DNA of 64,000 nucleotides from Chiloscyllium plagiosum (Eukaryota), in assembly GCF_004010195.1 (NCBI RefSeq), contig NC_057717.1:102588572-102652571 (forward strand), in the 5' to 3' direction. This document shows, piece by piece, positions 62,378-64,000 of the stretch. Numbering within the stretch: position 1 is the stretch's first letter; the number at the start of each line of letters is the position of its first letter. The notes below the pieces were generated by a model. The model was not told the DNA's origin and ran no database searches. It saw nothing but the letters and a program-made list of their open reading frames with translations. A program made the translations under genes and the position numbers.

Positions 62378-62591
62378 ATGGACATTTTCCAGAGAATTTC
62401 TCCATCCTAATGACACTGAAGGCCAAGAAAATGTCTCAGTTTTTCCTGCTGTCCATTTACAATGACCAAGGAATACAACAGCTCGGGGTAGAGATTGGGC
62501 GATCTCCTGTCTTCCTTTATGAGGATCAAACAGGCAAACCAACCCCTGAGGAATATCCCATCTTCAAAAAAATTAACCTGGCTGATGGCAA
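62378..62591 (+). CDS. col5a3: Collagen exon 3 (214 bp): (D)[70 protein letters not shown](K)
   Basis: Acceptor cttttAG, donor AA|GTAAGT, phase 1-2. Clear type V/XI collagen TSPN sequence. GHFPENFS together with DPVDVL favours COL5A3 over COL5A1/COL11A1, but the paralog assignment is less certain than the family. Confidence 0.93.
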
Positions 62592-62804
62592 GTAAGTACA
62601 GCACACTTTCACCCTTCCTCCTACTGTTCAGTCACTCGTCAATGTTTACCTCAGATGCATCTTTGCATGAACCACTGGCGGAGTCAGTTAATGTCTCCAG
62701 TTTACTATCTGCGTTCCAAAGGTAGTGTATTCCATTGCGTCCAGTTATGCAGCATGTTTAAGAAGGGAGATGTCCCCAAGGCACATTATAGCAGGGTTAT
62801 ACTC

Positions 62805-63135
62805 AGAATCCCTACAGTGTGGAAACAAGTCCTTCGGCCCAACAAGTCCACACCGACCCTCCGAATAATAACCCATCCAGACCCATTCCCCGACCTTAAT
62901 TATTCTATATTTACCCCTGATTAATGCACCTAACCTACACTTCCCTGGACACAATGGGCAACTTCCCATAGCCAATCCACCCTAACTTGCACATCTTTGG
63001 ATTGTGGGAGGAAATCCACGCAGACACTGGGAGAACGTGCAAACTCCACACCGACAGTCAACCAAGGTTGGAATCGAACCCGGGTCCCCGGCGCTGTGAG
63101 GCAGCAGTGCTAACCACTGAGCCACCGTGCCGCCC
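62805..63135 (-). mobile_element. HE1-like SINE
   Basis: Full antisense copy. Confidence 0.88.
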
Positions 63136-63694
63136 CAATGACCAACATATGTCAAGAAAGGTCCTGTGACGTGGTGGTAGTGTCCGTATCTCTCGGCCAG
63201 AAGGTCCCACGTCAGGACGCGACGAAGACGTGCCGATAAAAATGTCCGAGCAGATAGCTTCATGTTATAAAGAAAACCAAAACCTGATTGTGAGATAGGA
63301 GGAGAGGTGTCCAAGAGGTTCCGGAACAGAGGTTGGGTTTACGGGACTCTGTAAACAAAGAGAGCTGGAGAGCTCCTTCCAAGGTACCACAGTTTAAAGC
63401 AACAAGCAGCAAGGAGCAAAGGTCCTAAGGTCATTCTAGTTTCCCCAAAGCGGGTGTGACATATAATTGTTTGATGCACTTTGTTGGCAGGGTCCTGTTG
63501 TCAATATACCTTCTACCAGTGGTGCTATCAATGGGATTGTGGTGAAGCATCATGACAGAATGTTCTAATTGCTTCCACATGGTCTGGACAATATCCAGAA
63601 TATTTGTAGGAACCAGATCATCCAGGATAAGGGCGTTGGATATGAGCCAAGACTCGGTCATGAAAGGAGTGTTCTCTGATGATAGCCGCAGTGG

Positions 63695-64000
63695 GAATCA
63701 CAGATTGCCTACAGTGTGTGAGCAGGCCATTCGACCCATCCAGACCACACCAATCACCTGAAGAGCTTCCCACCCAGTCACTGTAACCCTGCATTTCCCC
63801 ATGGCTAACCTACCTGGCTTGCAAATCCCTGGACACAATGGGCAATTTAGCATGGCCAATCCACCCTAACCTGCAGAAACTTTGGAAGAAAACCAGAGCA
63901 CCCAGAGGAAACCCACCCAGACACAGGGAGAATGTGCAAACTGCACACAGACAGTCACCTGAGAGTGGAATTGAATCTGGGTCCCCATTGCTGTAAGGCA
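63695..64000 (-). mobile_element. HE1-like SINE, truncated by the window end
   Basis: Antisense copy. Confidence 0.8.

Noticed and set aside
63431..63690. Possible APE-endonuclease relic (TESWL...LDDLVPTN) on the minus strand
   Set aside because: Motif spacing is wrong and the similarity is too weak to support by eye.

Overview
Vertebrate genomic DNA, almost certainly an elasmobranch (shark), because the dominant repeats resemble the HE1 SINE / HER1 (CR1) LINE pair. It contains four N-gaps. The only host gene I can support is the 5' end of a clade-B fibrillar collagen on the + strand, most similar to col5a3. Its parts are signal-peptide exon 1 (CDS 14408-14489, missed by the ORF track), a 45.2-kb intron 1, exon 2 (59710-59877), a 2.5-kb intron 2 and exon 3 (62378-62591). 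All splice phases are compatible and exons 2-3 encode the start of the TSPN/PARP domain. Most of the rest is transposon-derived: CR1/HER1 3' fragments, about 20 HE1-like SINEs, two further tRNA-SINE families, a decayed non-LTR RT, a Rex1/Babar-like fragment, solo-LTR-like pieces, a TA-flanked MITE and many Penelope-like (GIY-YIG) remnants. The most notable features are: (i) three families of Penelope-derived, often palindromic, TSD-flanked mini-elements carrying minimal hammerhead-ribozyme cores; (ii) an inverted duplication of a head-to-head LTR composite in which both internal 15-nt hairpin loops have flipped; (iii) a 1.6-kb 41/42-bp minisatellite that arose from a CR1 ORF2 segment; (iv) a spliced, out-of-frame upstream ORF overlapping the collagen start. 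I see no CRISPR array or prokaryotic system. Repeat boundaries were read by eye and are approximate. Family names come from recall, not from database searches.
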